The notes beneath the pieces were generated by a model. The model made no database searches and had not been told where the DNA came from. It saw nothing but the letters and a program-made list of their open reading frames with translations. Shown one piece after another: positions 52,007 to 64,000 of a stretch of DNA of 64,000 nucleotides. Origin of the DNA: Octopus vulgaris (lineage: Eukaryota). The stretch is from NCBI GenBank assembly GCA_951406725.2, contig OX597824.1:49538001-49602000 (forward strand), read 5' to 3'. The position numbers were made by a program, and so were the translations under genes. The first letter of the stretch is position 1, and each line of letters starts with the position of its first letter.

Positions 52007-52240
52007 AAGGCGATGGGCTGACAGAAGCATTAGCACGCCAGGTGAAATGCTTGGCAGTATTTCTGCTGTTATGTTTTGAGTTCAAATTCCGCCGAGGACA
52101 ACTTTGCCTTTCATCTTTTCAGGGTTGATGAAATAAGTACCAGTTATGCACTGGGGTCAATGTAATCAACTTAATCCCTTTGTTTGTCCTTGTTTGTCCC
52201 CTCTATGTTTTGCCCCCTGTGGGCAATAAAGAAATAAATA
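52007..52240 (+). mobile_element. SINE family D (Nin-domain-like)
   Basis: gagttcaaattccgccgag B-box-like motif, then actttgcctttcatc..gatgaaataagtaccag. Confidence 0.65.
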
Positions 52241-52577
52241 TTATATGTGTGTGTGCGTGTGTGTGAAACATGATTAAAAATGCACAATTTAGCATTTTTG
52301 GAATACTTAGAAAATGCATACCATTTTTGATAAACATAAAATTTTAAACCTCACAGTGATAAGTAAATAAAATGGTTGTGTATGACAACTTTTTATCTCT
52401 CAGTGGGAAGAAAAAAGTGAGATTAATCTGACTAGTTTCCAGTTTTTTCCAATATTCATCAGAGAAAGACTTCTCACCTTCAGTAAAAACTTAAGTTTGC
52501 ACTTAAAAATACTTCATGCTGTAGTGCTACTATAAGAATACTGACTGGAGCCGTATTAGCAAAAGAACCCACTAGGC

Positions 52578-52970
52578 ACAGGTGCAGATGTGCGATAAGA
52601 AGCTTGCTTCTCAACCACATAGTTCCAGGTCCAGTCTCACTGCATGGCACCTTGGGCAAGTGTCTTCTACTAGAGTCTTGGGCAGACCAAAGGCTTGTGG
52701 GTGGATTTAGTAGAAGGAAACTGAAAGAAGCCTGTCATATATATATGTATGTGTGAGTGTGTATCTTTGTGTTTGTCCCCTACCACCACTTGACAACTAG
52801 TGCTGATGTGTTTTTGTCCTCATAACCCAGTGATTTGGCAAAAGAGACTGATAGAATAAGTATTACGCTTAAAAAAATAAGTCCTAAGGTTGATTTATTC
52901 AACTAAAACCCTTCGAAGTGGTAGCCCAGCATTGCTGTGGTCAAATGACTGAAACAAGTGAAAGATAAAA
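52578..52970 (+). mobile_element. SINE family A, full copy
   Basis: Head, microsatellite and tail as in 4783-5145. Confidence 0.75.
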
Positions 52971-52987
52971 CTAAAATTCTTATATAC

Positions 52988-53089
52988 TTGTCTCCAGACT
53001 TCAGCCATGACATTCGGAAAAATTCATTCTCTTCCCATCGGAAGTCCCCAGTGTATAGAACGGTACCTTCGGAACCTTCAATTAAGAAC
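52988..53089 (-). CDS. DCLRE1C: Artemis exon with MBL motif 4
   Basis: FLIEGSEGTVLYTGDFRWEENEFFRMSWLKSGD; 102 nt. Confidence 0.95.
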
Positions 53090-53614
53090 CTGTTGGGAAA
53101 ACATAAAAGGAAATGAAATATAGAAAATTAATAACCCTAAACCACAAAAGAAAAACAAAAGCAAAATACAACTTCCATAAAGAGCACACACAAACAAAAA
53201 CATGCAGAATATAGTGTATGCAACTAAATATATAAATTTCCTGTGGTGGTGGGGTGAAGTGGATGTATGATGATAGTAATCACCACTTCAACATAGCTGT
53301 TCCATAGGAACTAACATTACTGTTATTTTTAACCCCTGGAGGATGCTTCATCCAGCTGGTCATTTGATGCAATCTGCACCCAATATATATTGCAAGCATG
53401 GTACTGGACCCTACCATCCTCTAGCTATGGGACCACTAGATTGTACAGTTTCAACCTCTTTGTGGTCATCCTTTAGTGGTGGATACTTGTCCACTAGAGA
53501 TAGCAGTAGATCACTCCAGCTCACAATATATAGAAATCAAATGACACACAGTCACTGAACTAACTAGCTAATTTGCTTGTTGCATATACACACATATATA
53601 TATATACATTTTTG

Positions 53615-53653
<39 letters not shown>

Positions 53654-53654
53654 G

Positions 53655-53990
53655 AAGGCGCATGGCTCAGTGGTTAGAGCATCGAGCTTACGATCGTGAG
53701 GTTATGAGCTCGAATCCTGGACCGGGTTGTGTGTTGTGTTCTTGAGCAAGACACTTTATTTCACGTTGCTCTGGTTCACTCAACTGTAGAAATGAGTTGC
53801 GATGTCACAAGTACCAAGCTGTATCAGCCCTTGCCTTTCCCTTGGATAACATCGATGGCATGGAGAGGAGGCCAGTATGTGTGGGCAACTGTTGGTCTTC
53901 CATAAACAACCTTGCCTGGACTTGTGCCTTGGAGGGTAACTTTCTAGGTGCAATCCCATGGTCTGTGTTGTGACCGAAGGGAATCTCAGA
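53655..53990 (+). mobile_element. tRNA-derived SINE family B
   Basis: tggctcagtggttagagc A box, gctcgaatcc B box, cttgagcaagacactt core. Confidence 0.75.
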
Positions 53991-54004
53991 ATATATATAT
54001 ATAT

Positions 54005-54110
54005 CACGTGACCAACCAGAACATCAGATGTTGTTACACATCGCTGGTCACAATGCGTTCGCATTGTTTTAGCCTTCGAATGACGCCACCTCGCCGGCTA
54101 AGGGAGCAGG

Positions 54111-54178
<68 letters not shown>

Positions 54179-54487
54179 TGTGATCACCGTGACCGACCAG
54201 GCTATCAGATGTTGCTACACATCGCTGGTCACAATGCGCTTCACATTGTTTTAGCCTTTAAATGACGCCACCTCGCTGGCTAAGCAAGCAGGCCAACAGA
54301 AGAAAGAGTGAGAGAAAGTTGTGGCGAAAGAGTACAGCAGGGACCGCCACCACCCCTTGCTGGAGCCTCATGGTGCTTTAGGTGTTTTTGCTCAATAAAC
54401 ACTCACAACGCCCGGTCTGGGAATCGAAACTGCGATCCTAAGACCGCGAGTTTTGCTGTCCCAAGCACGGAGCCATTGCGCCTCCAC
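54005..54487 (-). mobile_element. tRNA-derived SINE family C (54176-54487) plus a duplicated 3' end (54005-54112) across a (TA)n tract
   Basis: Minus strand ggaggcgcaatggctcc..gtttcgattccc head; cacgtgacc..accag..atcagatgttg block present twice. Confidence 0.7.
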
Positions 54488-54560
54488 ACATATATACACA
54501 TCCACATGTATATATACATATACACACATACACATACATATGTTTGTGTGTGTATGTATA

Positions 54561-55424
54561 CGAGGTGTAGTCAAAAAGTATCCAACCTTTGACCAAAAGA
54601 CAAGTAATATTAAAAAACTTAACATTTTGATTTAGTCGCCTTCAAAGTATTCGCTTTAGGAATCTACACACTTCTGCCAGCATTCCTGCCACTGCTGGAA
54701 GCATCTCTGGAAATTACTTTTCAGGATGCTGTGGAGCTGTGCCATCGAATTTTGCTTAATGTCCTCTGTTGACTCAAATCTTCTCCCTTTGAATGGTTTT
54801 TGAGTCACACGAAGCCAAGTCTGGTGAGTAGAAAGCCTGACAAACAAGTGGTGTGTTTTGCTTGCCGAGGAATGCTTGGACAACGTGAGTGGAATGAGCA
54901 GGTGCATTGTCAGGGTAGAGTTACCAGTTCTTTGCTGTCCACAAGTTGGGTTGCTTTCGTTGCACAGCTTCACAAAGGCGATGAAGAACTTTTGTAATCA
55001 TTTCATCATTTCTGCTAGTGGATGGTCCACCACATCATGGCTCACTGTCCACTGAGGTTCGGCCATTTGTGAACCGGTTGTACCACTCCTTTATTTGTGT
55101 TTTTCCCATAGCACCATTTCCAAAGACCTACTGAATCTTCTTGATAGTCTGGGTGTGCATATGACCAAGTTTTTGGCAGAATTTGATACAGTATCTTTGC
55201 TCAATGCACTTGGTCATCTTGATTCAAAAAGAAAAATCGCACAGCACAATCTTCACATCTGCACTCAACATGTTACTGTGGGTGAATGGTACAACCTTCA
55301 GACACAAAAATTTTTGTGCATGCTCAGGAAAGACACAGCCACCTAATACTCATGTGGATTTTACTCATACATTATTATTTTGTGCAAAAAAAATCAAGGT
55401 CAGACACTTTTTGACTACACCTCA
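54561..55424 (-). mobile_element. Internally deleted mariner
   Basis: TA-flanked TIRs cgaggtgtagtcaaaaagt / actttttgactacacctca; KGRRFESTEDIK..FQRCFQQWQECWQKCVDS C-terminus. Confidence 0.85.
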
Positions 55425-55473
55425 TATAAATGTATATATGCATGTAAAAGTTCATACACACACACACATTTAT

Positions 55474-55627
55474 AGGCGCAGGAGTGGCTGTGTGGTAAGA
55501 AACTTGCTTCCCAACCACATGGTTCTGGGTTCAGTCCCATTGGGTAAGTGTCTTCTACTATAGCCTCAGGCCAACTAAAGCCTTGTGAGTGGATTTGGTA
55601 GATGGAAACTGAAAGAAACCCGTCGCA
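55474..55627 (+). mobile_element. SINE family A head
   Basis: ggcgcaggagtggctgtgtggtaag...gaaactgaaagaaacccgtcg. Confidence 0.75.
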
Positions 55628-55645
55628 TATGTATATATATATATA

Positions 55646-56935
55646 CGAGGGATGTTCAATAAGTAATGCCCCTGACTCACTTGCAGTTGTTTGATTTAGC
55701 TGAAATTTTGCATGTGCAATTATTTATATCTCTATAGATTAAATGGCAAATTACAGCTCTGAACTAATTGTGGTTTCTGATTTACAGGTGTTTGAACTGA
55801 GTCAAGTGTGAAATGGAGCCTGTTGAGTGTCGAGCAGTGATCCGGTTTTTGTATTTGAAAGGACGCACACCACAGGAGACTTTCGATGAAATGAAAGTAA
55901 CTTATGGTGATGAAGCCCCATCATATGACCTTGTAAAACGCTGGCATCGTGAATTCAAACATGGTCAGAACTCTGTGGAAACAGCTCCCAGATCTGGTCG
56001 CCCCCCTTCTGCCATTGATGAGGCATCTGTCCGTCAAGTTGAGGCTGCCATTTTGGAAGATTGACGCATAACAATTCGCCAAATAGCCCATCAGGTCAAG
56101 ATTAGTACCGGGTCTGTGGAAAATATCATTCATGACCATTTGCATATGCAAAAGGTGTCTGCCAGATGGATTCCCAGGCTGCTCACACCTTTCCAGAAGC
56201 AAGAACGCGTTGAGTGCTCGAGGATGAATTTGGAGATGTGCCAAGAAGATGAGTCAAAATTTTTCAAAAGACTGATTACACAAGGATGAAACCTGGGTCC
56301 ATCACTATGATCCAGAGACCAAAGCCCAGTCAATGCAGTGGAAGCACCATGACTCACCTCCTCCAAAGAAGGCAAGGGTGCAGCCTTCCGCTGGCAAGGT
56401 CATGCTCACAGTCTTCTGGGACCAGGACGAAGTAGTGATGACAGATTTCCTGGCAAAGGGTACCACAATTACAGGAGCCTATTATGATTCACTTTTGAGG
56501 AAATTAAGAGAAGCTATCAAAATCAAGAGGCGGGGCAAGATCAGCAAAGGCATCCTCCTCCTGCAGGACAACGCTCCGGTCCACAACTCGCGTGTCGCCA
56601 GATCAGAAGCACAGGCGTGCGGCTATGAACTCCCCCCTTCCCCCTACTCTCCTGACCTTGCACCCTCTGATTTTCACCTCTTCCCAGCCATGAAGTTGTT
56701 TTTGAAAGGAAAGCGTTTCCCAAATGATACAGCCTTGATTTCTGAAATCACGTCGTGATTGGAGGACCAAGCTGGGGTCTTCTACAAAAACGGTCTCCAG
56801 AGCTGCATCAAACGATGGGAGAAATGCGTAACTCTGGGTGGTACCTATATAGAAAAAGACTAATAACTGTGCCAAGTTTCGTTGCTCTACTGCTATGGGA
56901 AGTGGGCCAGGGGCATTACTTATTGAACGCCCCTC

Positions 56936-56936
<1 letters not shown>
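55646..56936 (+). mobile_element. Full-length (1291 bp) mariner DD34D transposon with a lightly disrupted transposase (55813-~56863)
   Basis: TA TSD, ~30-bp TIRs cgagggatgttcaataagtaatgcccctg; motifs RSGRP, WIPRLL, DETW, QDNAPVH and YSPDLAPSDFHLF; a few stops and frameshifts. Confidence 0.93.
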
Positions 56937-56984
<48 letters not shown>

Positions 56985-56987
<3 letters not shown>

Positions 56988-57362
56988 TAAAAAGCACTAT
57001 CCGAATGTGATCAATGCCAGGACTGCTTGACTGGCCCCTGTGCTAGTGGCAAGTAAAAATCACCATCTAAACGTGGCCAATACCAGTACCTGCTGGCTCT
57101 CCCCCGTGGTGGTGGCATGTAAAAAGCACTATCTGAACATGATCGATGTCAGGCCCGCCCATCTGGCTCCTGTGCCGGAGGTATATAAAATGCACCCACT
57201 ACACTCTTGGAGTGGCTGGCATTATGAAGGGCATCCAGCTGTAGAAACATTGCCAGATCAGATTGGAGCCTGGTGCAGTTGCTAGTTCTACAGACCTCAG
57301 TTAAACTGTCCAACCCATGCGAGCATGGAAAACAGACATTAAACAATGATGATGATGATGAT
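56985..57362 (+). mobile_element. RTE LINE 3' tail with degenerate hairpin repeats
   Basis: ggtggcatgtaaaaagcac units and a (GAT)n end. Confidence 0.75.
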
Positions 57363-57427
57363 ATACATATACACACATATATAGATATGCATCTATATAT
57401 ATACACACACACACTCATATACATATA

Positions 57428-58456
57428 CTAGCAATGCATCCGGGTGTTGCCCGGGTTTTATGATATACAGCCATATTGTATTGTTTGTTTAAAAGTGATG
57501 GGGGTACAATTTGCATTTGTTTGTCTGGAAGTGCTTTCTGTTCTTAAGAAGGATCACAAACTATGTATTGTTCTACCGTGTAAGAGGGGTTTAATATGAT
57601 TTTGCCCAGAAATCATATTTTCAAAATTTTAGTTTCCTCCTGTCCCTTCCACAATTTCTTAACTTGTAAATTTTTGACGAATTTTTTATTTTTTATCCAT
57701 GTAGGACAATACAGACATTACAAATCTGGGAAATATTTTTTTAAAAAAGATTATGTTAAAGAAACACTTAATGCCCCTTCCCCACCTAGCATACCCATCA
57801 CCTATTTGCTTTCAAAAAGCTAAAAGCATCCAATGTTTCATTTTCGTCTGATGTTTCTGAAATAGCAGATGTAAAAAATATTAGAGCACTACCAGAAAAC
57901 TCGACATGCTTGAAACAACAGGTAAATGGCATTATTACTGTTCCCCACTTTCCAAAAAGCTAAAAGTGAAACATTGGGAGTTTGTAGCTTTTTGAAAGTG
58001 GTAAGGTGATGAGTGGATGTTTGAGGAGATTTTAGTGTTTCTTTAAGAAAAAAAGAAGAAAATTCTTAGATTCATACTCTCTGTTTTTTTCTCTGTAGAT
58101 TATCAAGAAAAAAATTTGAAAAAAGTTTTTTAAAAAATGAAGAAATTGGGATGGGGAGGGAGAAAATTTGAGAACGTATTTTGGGAGCAAACTCCTAATC
58201 CTCTGTACTGAAAACATAGGAAATGGAAAAAATTTAAGAAAAAAAAATCGGGGGTGAGGCGCAGATATCACCTCAGACATGCTAGAAACAAGAGGTAAAG
58301 GACAGGATTTCTGGGAGAACTTAATTTTAAATTTATATGGAAGATCAGGTTTTCAAATACACTCACCACAAACACGAATTACAGAATAGAAAAAAGTGAC
58401 TTCAATTGGATTTGAGCTGTAACTTTGCACATGCACATAGCAAGAATAATATATAG
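57428..58456 (-). mobile_element. Non-autonomous Helitron (5' end approximate)
   Basis: a|ctagcaatgcatccgggtgttgcccggg gives a hairpin + CTAG on minus, like 46221. Confidence 0.6.
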
Positions 58457-58714
58457 TCTATAAAATCCTTTTATCATTAATTAATAAATCTTAGAAAAAT
58501 TCTCCGCTACCAGTGGTCTAGCGAGAAAGAAAGAATAGTCAATAGACTATATATTATTCATTTAAACACATAAGAGATGACCATAATAGGACATCTGACT
58601 CACTAGAAAGAGCAGTTAAACTCCAAACCACTAATAGTTGTAATTCTGGAAGGGAAAGAGAAATAAAAATTGATATATAAGTAATATATATATATATATT
58701 ACTTTCTATCTACC

Positions 58715-58805
58715 AGACACTTGCCCAAGGTGTCACACAGTGGGACTGAACCCAGAAGCACATGGTTGGGAAACGAACTACTTACCACACAGCCATGCCA
58801 GCACC
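58715..58805 (-). mobile_element. SINE family A head
   Basis: Reverse complement of ggcatggctgtgtggtaagtag..ggttcagtcccactg..ccttgggcaagtgtc. Confidence 0.7.
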
Positions 58806-59000
58806 TAATTGATAATTGATAATTTTTTGCATATTTTATTTAGAGTACATCATGATCTAGATGCATTAACAAGAAATTAATCTCTGTTTATGACACGTAA
58901 CTTTAATTACCTGTCATGAAAAATAAAGGAAAATAACAATCTTTGATTTTTTTTTTTTTCAACTTTGCATATTAAAGAGAGAAGTCTTTGAGAAACTCAC

Positions 59001-59062
59001 ATGACTGAACCAAGGCAGTGGCCAGCTTGTAACAAGGTTACTGTGATCGTAGAACAGGTACT
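59001..59062 (-). CDS. DCLRE1C: Artemis exon with MBL motif 3
   Basis: STCSTITVTLLQAGHCLGSV(M) (human VVTLLPAGHCPGSVM); 62 nt; donor gtgagt. Confidence 0.93.
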
Positions 59063-60950
59063 CTACAAAATAAAAAAACAATTCAACATTATAAATAATA
59101 AATATATATATATTTTCATACAAACACACATCCACCTTCCTATTTTTATTCTTTCCTGATCACTCTACCCGTGCAACTAGTTAGTTATCTCTCCCTTTTT
59201 TCTTGAGCTACATCTCATGACTTCCATAACTCATTTTTAATAACCTCTTTTTTTGTCATTGACTGCTGCTCATCTTTGTCACTCACTGTAGCTATCCCTG
59301 TCTACCTCTCTCCTCCATCTCTGTCATGGTACATCCGTCTGTCTCTCTCTCTCTCCCCAGACTCTTCCTTTACCCACCCACTCCACATTTTATCAGCATA
59401 TTTCTTATCTATCTGATTCTATTGTTCTGCTCTTCTCCACTCTTTCTTTATTGCTATTTATCACACCATTTATCACTTCTATTCCTTATCACCTTCCCAT
59501 CAAACTCATATTTACTATCAACTATACCGCCATACTTGTTCAGCATTCACCTCTACCTCCATCTCTATCACTTTTCTCTCATACTCTTATGAACTTACCC
59601 ACCCACCCTTCTTGATCTTCTGTCCTTATTCTCTCTTCTACCCATCTTCTTATAACTTGAGGGTACACCCCTATACCTTGTCCTCATAATTTTTATCTCT
59701 CTTTCAGTTACTCCCATCCACCCTGGTATAACGCAAAGTAGCTACATATGTCCTCTGAAGCAAGACACCTGTTTCTGTTCATCTATTAGCTTTCTGACAC
59801 CTGTCATAAAGCCATCTATGTCTTTAGTACACACCAACTCAATCAAGAGGGTATTTTTGTTTTGTGAGTTATTTGGCAGCATTACTAGTGCTGGGGCCAT
59901 GAAAAAAGCACCCAATACACTGAGGTTATCCGATTCTTAAAACAATGCAAAAAAAGATACTAGAGTTTGACAGTCCTTTGACTCATCAGATTCTGTAGAA
60001 CTGTTCAACCCATGTGGCATGGAAGACAAAACATTAAATGATGATGATGATGATGATAGCAATGATATACACAGATACATATAACAGCATCCTCACTGTA
60101 GTAACAACCACTTTTTTTAAATATCTGAATGGATCAGGTGAGACTTCATTGAGGCAGAATTTTCTTCAGCTGAATGTCCTTCCTAATGCCAAAACTTATC
60201 TGATTCCAAGCAAAGTAATTATTGTCCAGTCCACTGAACAATGAACAGCTTGGACATTTTTTCACTTCAGTTGATACCTTTAATGACTAGCCACCCCATC
60301 AACTCATTCATGCTGTGTTACACGAGTAAGTTAACAGAATGTATTCAAGAGATCATATTTTCATTTTCCTTTGACATTACCAACATTCCATATTTAATGG
60401 TTATGTCTCACTACTATATGATGTCACACACAAATGGCCTGCTTTTTGCATGTAGAAAAAATATCTTTGTTGTCAACAGATATAACATTTCTCTAAACGT
60501 ATTTCATTCCTTCCTTACACTAGTTACTTTGTTTTAGCTACAACCAATTCCAGTTTTTAATGGCTCAGTTAGATTATAACACTTATCAGCTTCTGATTCA
60601 TGAGAGCTGTTCATGAACTGTATTTCATGAGTCCTGCTATTGTGCATCTATCTTATTTAAAGTTCTCGTCCTTTATCAGCTTACCATAGATTTTACTATC
60701 CGTTTCTCACATGAAGTACACAGTGTCGAGTTCCTACCCACTCCCTTCTTACATATTGAGAAAGGCCAAATTCAAGACAGTGCTATTGGCAATTGTCAAC
60801 AATCTTCAGTTTTGCTCTAATAACCTGTTACTGCCTGGAAAAATTGTTCAATGACAGTTGATTTTTTTGACTTAAAAATATAATACAGAAAAAAAAAAAG
60901 AAGCCAAATCAATTTAAAACAATAAAAGAAATTTTTTTAAGTTATCTTAC

Positions 60951-61013
60951 TTGAGAAGAATGTTCATCATTGGGGACTTCAATTACAGTTGGACTGTTGA
61001 CTTCTAGTACTTT
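60951..61013 (-). CDS. DCLRE1C: Artemis exon 4
   Basis: KVLEVNSPTVIEVPNDEHSSQ (human ISIEIETPTQISLVDE); cag|..|gtaaga; 63 nt, phase 0. Confidence 0.85.
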
Positions 61014-61424
61014 CTGCATGATAATTAAAAGAAAATTTAAAAACAAAACTCAAAAAAATCTTGGACGAGTGTAAAATATGTGGTCTTCATGTCAGTAAGA
61101 GATATTAGGGTAGAATTATGTTGCTCTTAGGAAACCATAGTTTTCTATTATACAACAGTAGCAATGAGTATGACAGTATTTAGAATTAACAAATGAAATA
61201 ACTTGTGAATTAACTAATGAAATGTGGGTATATGCATACATGTATGTATGTATTTGTATTTTCAAGGAAGTTGTTGTATTTCAAAACTCTCCCAAATATA
61301 AAACAAGAACTGTGGTATCTCATGTCAACCAGATTGAGAGAGGTGAGAAGAACAATATTTTGGATACAGACATCATTCAATCACAACATAAAAAAAAAAG
61401 AAAAAAAGAACAAGAGTTACTTAC

Positions 61425-61509
61425 TATATGAGGTTCCAGTTTTTTAAAACTAGGCATTTTGAGAAGAATGGTTTGTACCATTTTAGAACAGTATAAATGA
61501 GTAGATTGC
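61425..61509 (-). CDS. DCLRE1C: Artemis exon 3
   Basis: QSTHLYCSKMVQTILLKMPSFKKLEPHI (human VYLYCSPVTKELLL); 85 nt. Confidence 0.92.
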
Positions 61510-62852
61510 CTGTACAAAAGAAAAATATGAAGATTGAACAGTGATCATCAGCATTTAACACTTCACTTTCCATGGTTGCATGGCTCTTTAGTACAACATG
61601 TTACCACTCGTATCCTTTATCATCCTTTTTTTGTGAAACTTAGCCTTCAGCATTCCCCCACCCCATGTCTTTCTTTTTTCTACAAGTTGCTTCCCTTTGG
61701 GTCACTCAGAATGTCTCAACCCAACTGTCATCTTTCATATGCACCACATATCAGTTCCAGCTCAGTCATCTTGCTTGCAAACTACATTTGATGCTTCTTA
61801 CAGCCAATTTTTCTGTTCATTCATTTGTACTCCATTGTTCATGCATACTAACATTAGACATCCAGTAGAGCATGGTTGCTTCATTTCTTCCAAATCTTTG
61901 CACATCTTCAGCTCAGTGTCCATGTTTCACTTCTATGGTATACAGCACTTCATACATATGCATCTTATGATTTACCTTACTCTCAGAGAATACTTTTGTT
62001 GCCATTTGAGGCAATAACTCCAGAGTCTTTCCCATCCTTTTCTTACATAAAGCAATGATGACATTTGTTAACATCTATAAACAGCATATCCCGTAGTTTG
62101 ATGGTTTCATAGATTTGAATGCAGAATGAGCAGTAGAGTAAAATACAAAATTTATCTAACTTGAAAAACACAAATAAAGAGTGGCAACAGGAAAAGCATC
62201 CAGTCATAGCAGACTTCCTCAATAAGTCTCATTCAATCCATGCTAGCATAGAAAAGAAAAGACATAAAAATCAAGATGTTGATGGTGACAACTGATGACT
62301 ATAATGATGACAAACATGATAATAATCATGGTGATAATGTCAGTTACAGAAAATAAGGAAATAAACTGTCAGAGTTGATAAGACATTAGGTAATCAGCTC
62401 ATAGATTGTAGGGTCATACCTACTGGAGGCTCTACATTGTCTCTGAGCAAGAGACTTCTATAAATATTTTTCAGTTCATCTAACTGCCAATATCAGTTGT
62501 AGGTATCAGACCTGGCATTAGTTGAAAACTTCATTTCTGACTGCTGCAGGTAATGGGAAACAATTCATGTAAGAGAAAAATAATATAGAGAAATCTGTAC
62601 AGCCACAGGTATCTCTGTCAATGTATAGAAATTATCTATAAATTCCTGAGACATGTCTAAGTGTACCTCAGTCTATGTAGCTTATATAAATAAGTGCCAA
62701 ATTTGTAAATAATATCAATAATAGTGAGGTATCTTATCCAGTGGAAAGCTCCTTTCTCATTGATTTAACACAGCTAAATTTTAGGGAGTTTAGTGGTCGT
62801 GAAGATTTTAGCTCTAGATATGATGAAAGTAAATTTGTTTTCAACAGCATAC

Positions 62853-62904
62853 CTTTTCTCAAGAACTTCCAAAAACTTTGGCTCATTAAGTCCCTGGGTG
62901 TGAT
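62853..62904 (-). CDS. DCLRE1C: Artemis exon 2 (exon 1 lies beyond the window)
   Basis: DHTQGLNEPKFLEVLEK, the DH end of the HxHxDH motif (human DHMKGL); 52 nt. Confidence 0.9.
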
Positions 62905-64000
62905 CTGAAAAATAATAAAAATAAATCAAAATGGCATGTACGTATCTCCCTACTTTACCCTTTGTATTTCCTAAAATACTACAGCTGTAATGAGATTTGA
63001 AACATTGAAGATTTATGGTTGTGTGGCTGAAGGTGTTAAATATTGGATTATCAGACAATATTAAATTGTATCCTTTGATACAATAGTGTATAAGTGATAG
63101 AAAAACAGATGACAAACAATTGGGAGGCTGTTATGCTGATAATAGGTTCTACTCTAACTTTATGTCTCAAAGACATTAAGGTTCCCAGTGAAGGAAAAAA
63201 GCTAAGTCAACAATTTCTGAAAATATGAGAATTTATATAACAACTAAAGACATGGCTAACACTGAAAAGAATAAACAAAAGTTCTTTTAAATAAAATGAT
63301 TATTTAAAAACAAACTAATTACAGCCAATTTTTCATACTAACATCACATTTATTAATTAAGAAATGAAATATGTAGGCAACTCAGCAAACTGAAAAAAGT
63401 TAAGTGAATTGCTTCTTGGATTCTTAGCCAGGATTCAAAACCTAGACTAGATTTTTCTTTCAATTTCTTCTTATTCTTCTTGGAATTAGCACTAAGAAAT
63501 TTATGAGAGTCAATTGTCATATTTAGATAAGTTCTATTGTACACTGAAAATCCTTAGGTTAAATACAGTTCAGATCAGATAACAGATGCAAAATCATTTA
63601 TCCTGATTTAATTTAATAGGAAAATATTATAAATACAAAATTCAAATTCAATTCTTCCTCTTTCACTCAGCACCTTGTTGAAGAGCATCCCTCTTTCATC
63701 TGTGCTTAGGCAAAGGAGCACTTTATGTACATGTCACCGAGGGACTATACAACTTTTAGGTCTCCTCTCTACTTGTCAATCCAGAGAGGCAAATTCTATT
63801 ATTCTTTCTCTCTCTCCTTCCTTACATCTCCTAGAAGTTGACAAAAGATGAACACAGCTACCTATGAAATGGACAGTAGAACTTTAACTAATCTTTATGC
63901 AACAAAAAGTCGGAGCAGTTGTCTTTTGTAATTGTAACAGTAAAATAAAGACCATTTCAACAATTATTTTCTTCTGTCTTTTATTTCATAGCTGTCTTCA

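Noticed and set aside
53655-53730. tRNA gene
   Set aside because: A/B boxes run into a SINE body with no proper acceptor stem, so this is a SINE head
45295-56985. Long (TA)n/(CA)n tracts and their Ile/Tyr/His-Thr ORFs
   Set aside because: Ordinary microsatellites, mostly associated with SINEs and insertion sites
62905-64000. Artemis exon 1
   Set aside because: No ISID or FLSHCH-encoding sequence found on minus; it must lie outside the window

Overview
AT-rich, repeat-dense animal genomic DNA. The SINE/LINE repertoire and (TA)n/(CA)n density suggest a cephalopod, probably Octopus (inference). Two convergent intron-containing genes are present. PSMA6 (20S proteasome alpha subunit) is complete on +, with 7 exons at 7318-27831 encoding 246 aa. 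An Artemis/DCLRE1C orthologue lies on - (62904-33008; first exon outside the window) with an unusually long ~700-aa SQ-rich tail. The remaining sequence holds RTE and CR1/L2 LINE remnants, several tRNA-derived SINE families, a Naiad-type Penelope-like element (PLE), a decayed piggyBac with its MITE family, three mariners, Helitrons, a TRIM-like element and a solo LTR. The most notable hidden signal is a set of at least four minimal type-I hammerhead ribozyme motifs, plus partial or decayed ones. One sits in the PLE terminal repeat and the others in putative PLE-derived repeats; one of these lies inside a long inverted repeat just downstream of the Artemis stop codon, on the Artemis sense strand. 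All calls were made by eye, with no database searches.
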